Positions 25,039 through 25,220 of a DNA stretch of 25,220 nucleotides are shown here, piece by piece. The stretch's first letter is position 1. Every line of letters starts with the position of its first letter. The stretch covers positions 1 through 25,220 of IMG/VR virus record IMGVR_UViG_3300027693_000024; one strand, 5' to 3'. Made by a program: the position numbers and the translations under genes. The notes under the pieces are model-generated. The model worked only from the letters and a program-made list of their open reading frames with translations. It did not search any database and was not told the origin of the DNA. Source of the stretch: a virus (taxonomy: Duplodnaviria; Caudoviricetes).

Positions 25039-25064
25039 GATAATTTCCTTTGATTTTAATTAAC

Positions 25065-25082
25065 GGGGGGCTTTCACCCCCC
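25065..25082 (-). terminator. GC hairpin after the coat gene (weak terminator or mRNA stabiliser)
   Basis: GGGGGG-TGAAAG-CCCCCC with only a weak U tail (GTTAATT). Confidence 0.5.
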
Positions 25083-25088
25083 ACTAAA

Positions 25089-25220
25089 TTAGGCTGCGAC
25101 TCGGCAAGCCAGTTCGGGATACAGCGGGGCCCAGCCGTACAGCACATCTAGACGAGTCGGGATCGAATCGTTGTTGATGGTGTATTGACGAACCACACGG
25201 ATCGACAAACCAAGCTCTTT
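25089..25220 (-). CDS. Major capsid protein, C-terminal 43 aa (P22 gp5-like), truncated by the window edge
   Basis: KELGLSIRVVRQYTINNDSIPTRLDVLYGWAPLYPELACRVAA*. The R.DVLYG....PE.A signature is typical of P22-type coat proteins. Confidence 0.88.
   Translation of the reverse strand, partial: KELGLSIRVVRQYTINNDSIPTRLDVLYGWAPLYPELACRVAA

Noticed and set aside
1-25220. Alternative genetic code or stop-codon recoding
   Set aside because: The standard code tiles the window densely, and TAA, TGA and TAG all act as gene ends.

Overview
A 25.2-kb stretch of a compact tailed dsDNA phage with a P22-like (podovirus) virion module and a lambdoid-style replication/recombination module. It looks like an aquatic proteobacterial phage, but the host is inferred only. 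The minus strand carries two blocks. Block 1 (5621 to 13): Cro-like HTH gene, structured-RNA intergenic region, DUF1376-like replication initiator with iterons, a string of small nin-like genes, a Zn-binding nuclease, RusA, a Dps/ferritin-like protein and a virion-like protein. Block 2 (25220 to 8869): coat C-terminus, small virion proteins, tailspike, fibre, gp4/gp10-like tail proteins, three ejection proteins, holin-like genes and a GH19 endolysin. A short divergent plus-strand operon (5758-8845) encodes ERF, SSB, a PD-(D/E)XK nuclease, an HTH protein and several micro-ORFs, including a secreted 6-Cys peptide. No CI repressor, integrase, Q antiterminator or spanin is recognisable in the window. 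The most notable signal is non-coding. The DNA between the cro-like gene and the initiator folds on the mRNA strand into a C4/P4-CI-like three-way-junction RNA with two cognate upstream target sites and a U8 tail, nested inside a 14-bp helix that buries the initiator AUG. This suggests RNA-based control of replication or immunity in place of a protein CI. Also seen: a 4-copy palindromic operator, a loop-E small-RNA candidate, an ATA-initiated lysis gene, and a duplicated domain inserted in the tailspike. All family names come from recalled motifs, not database searches.
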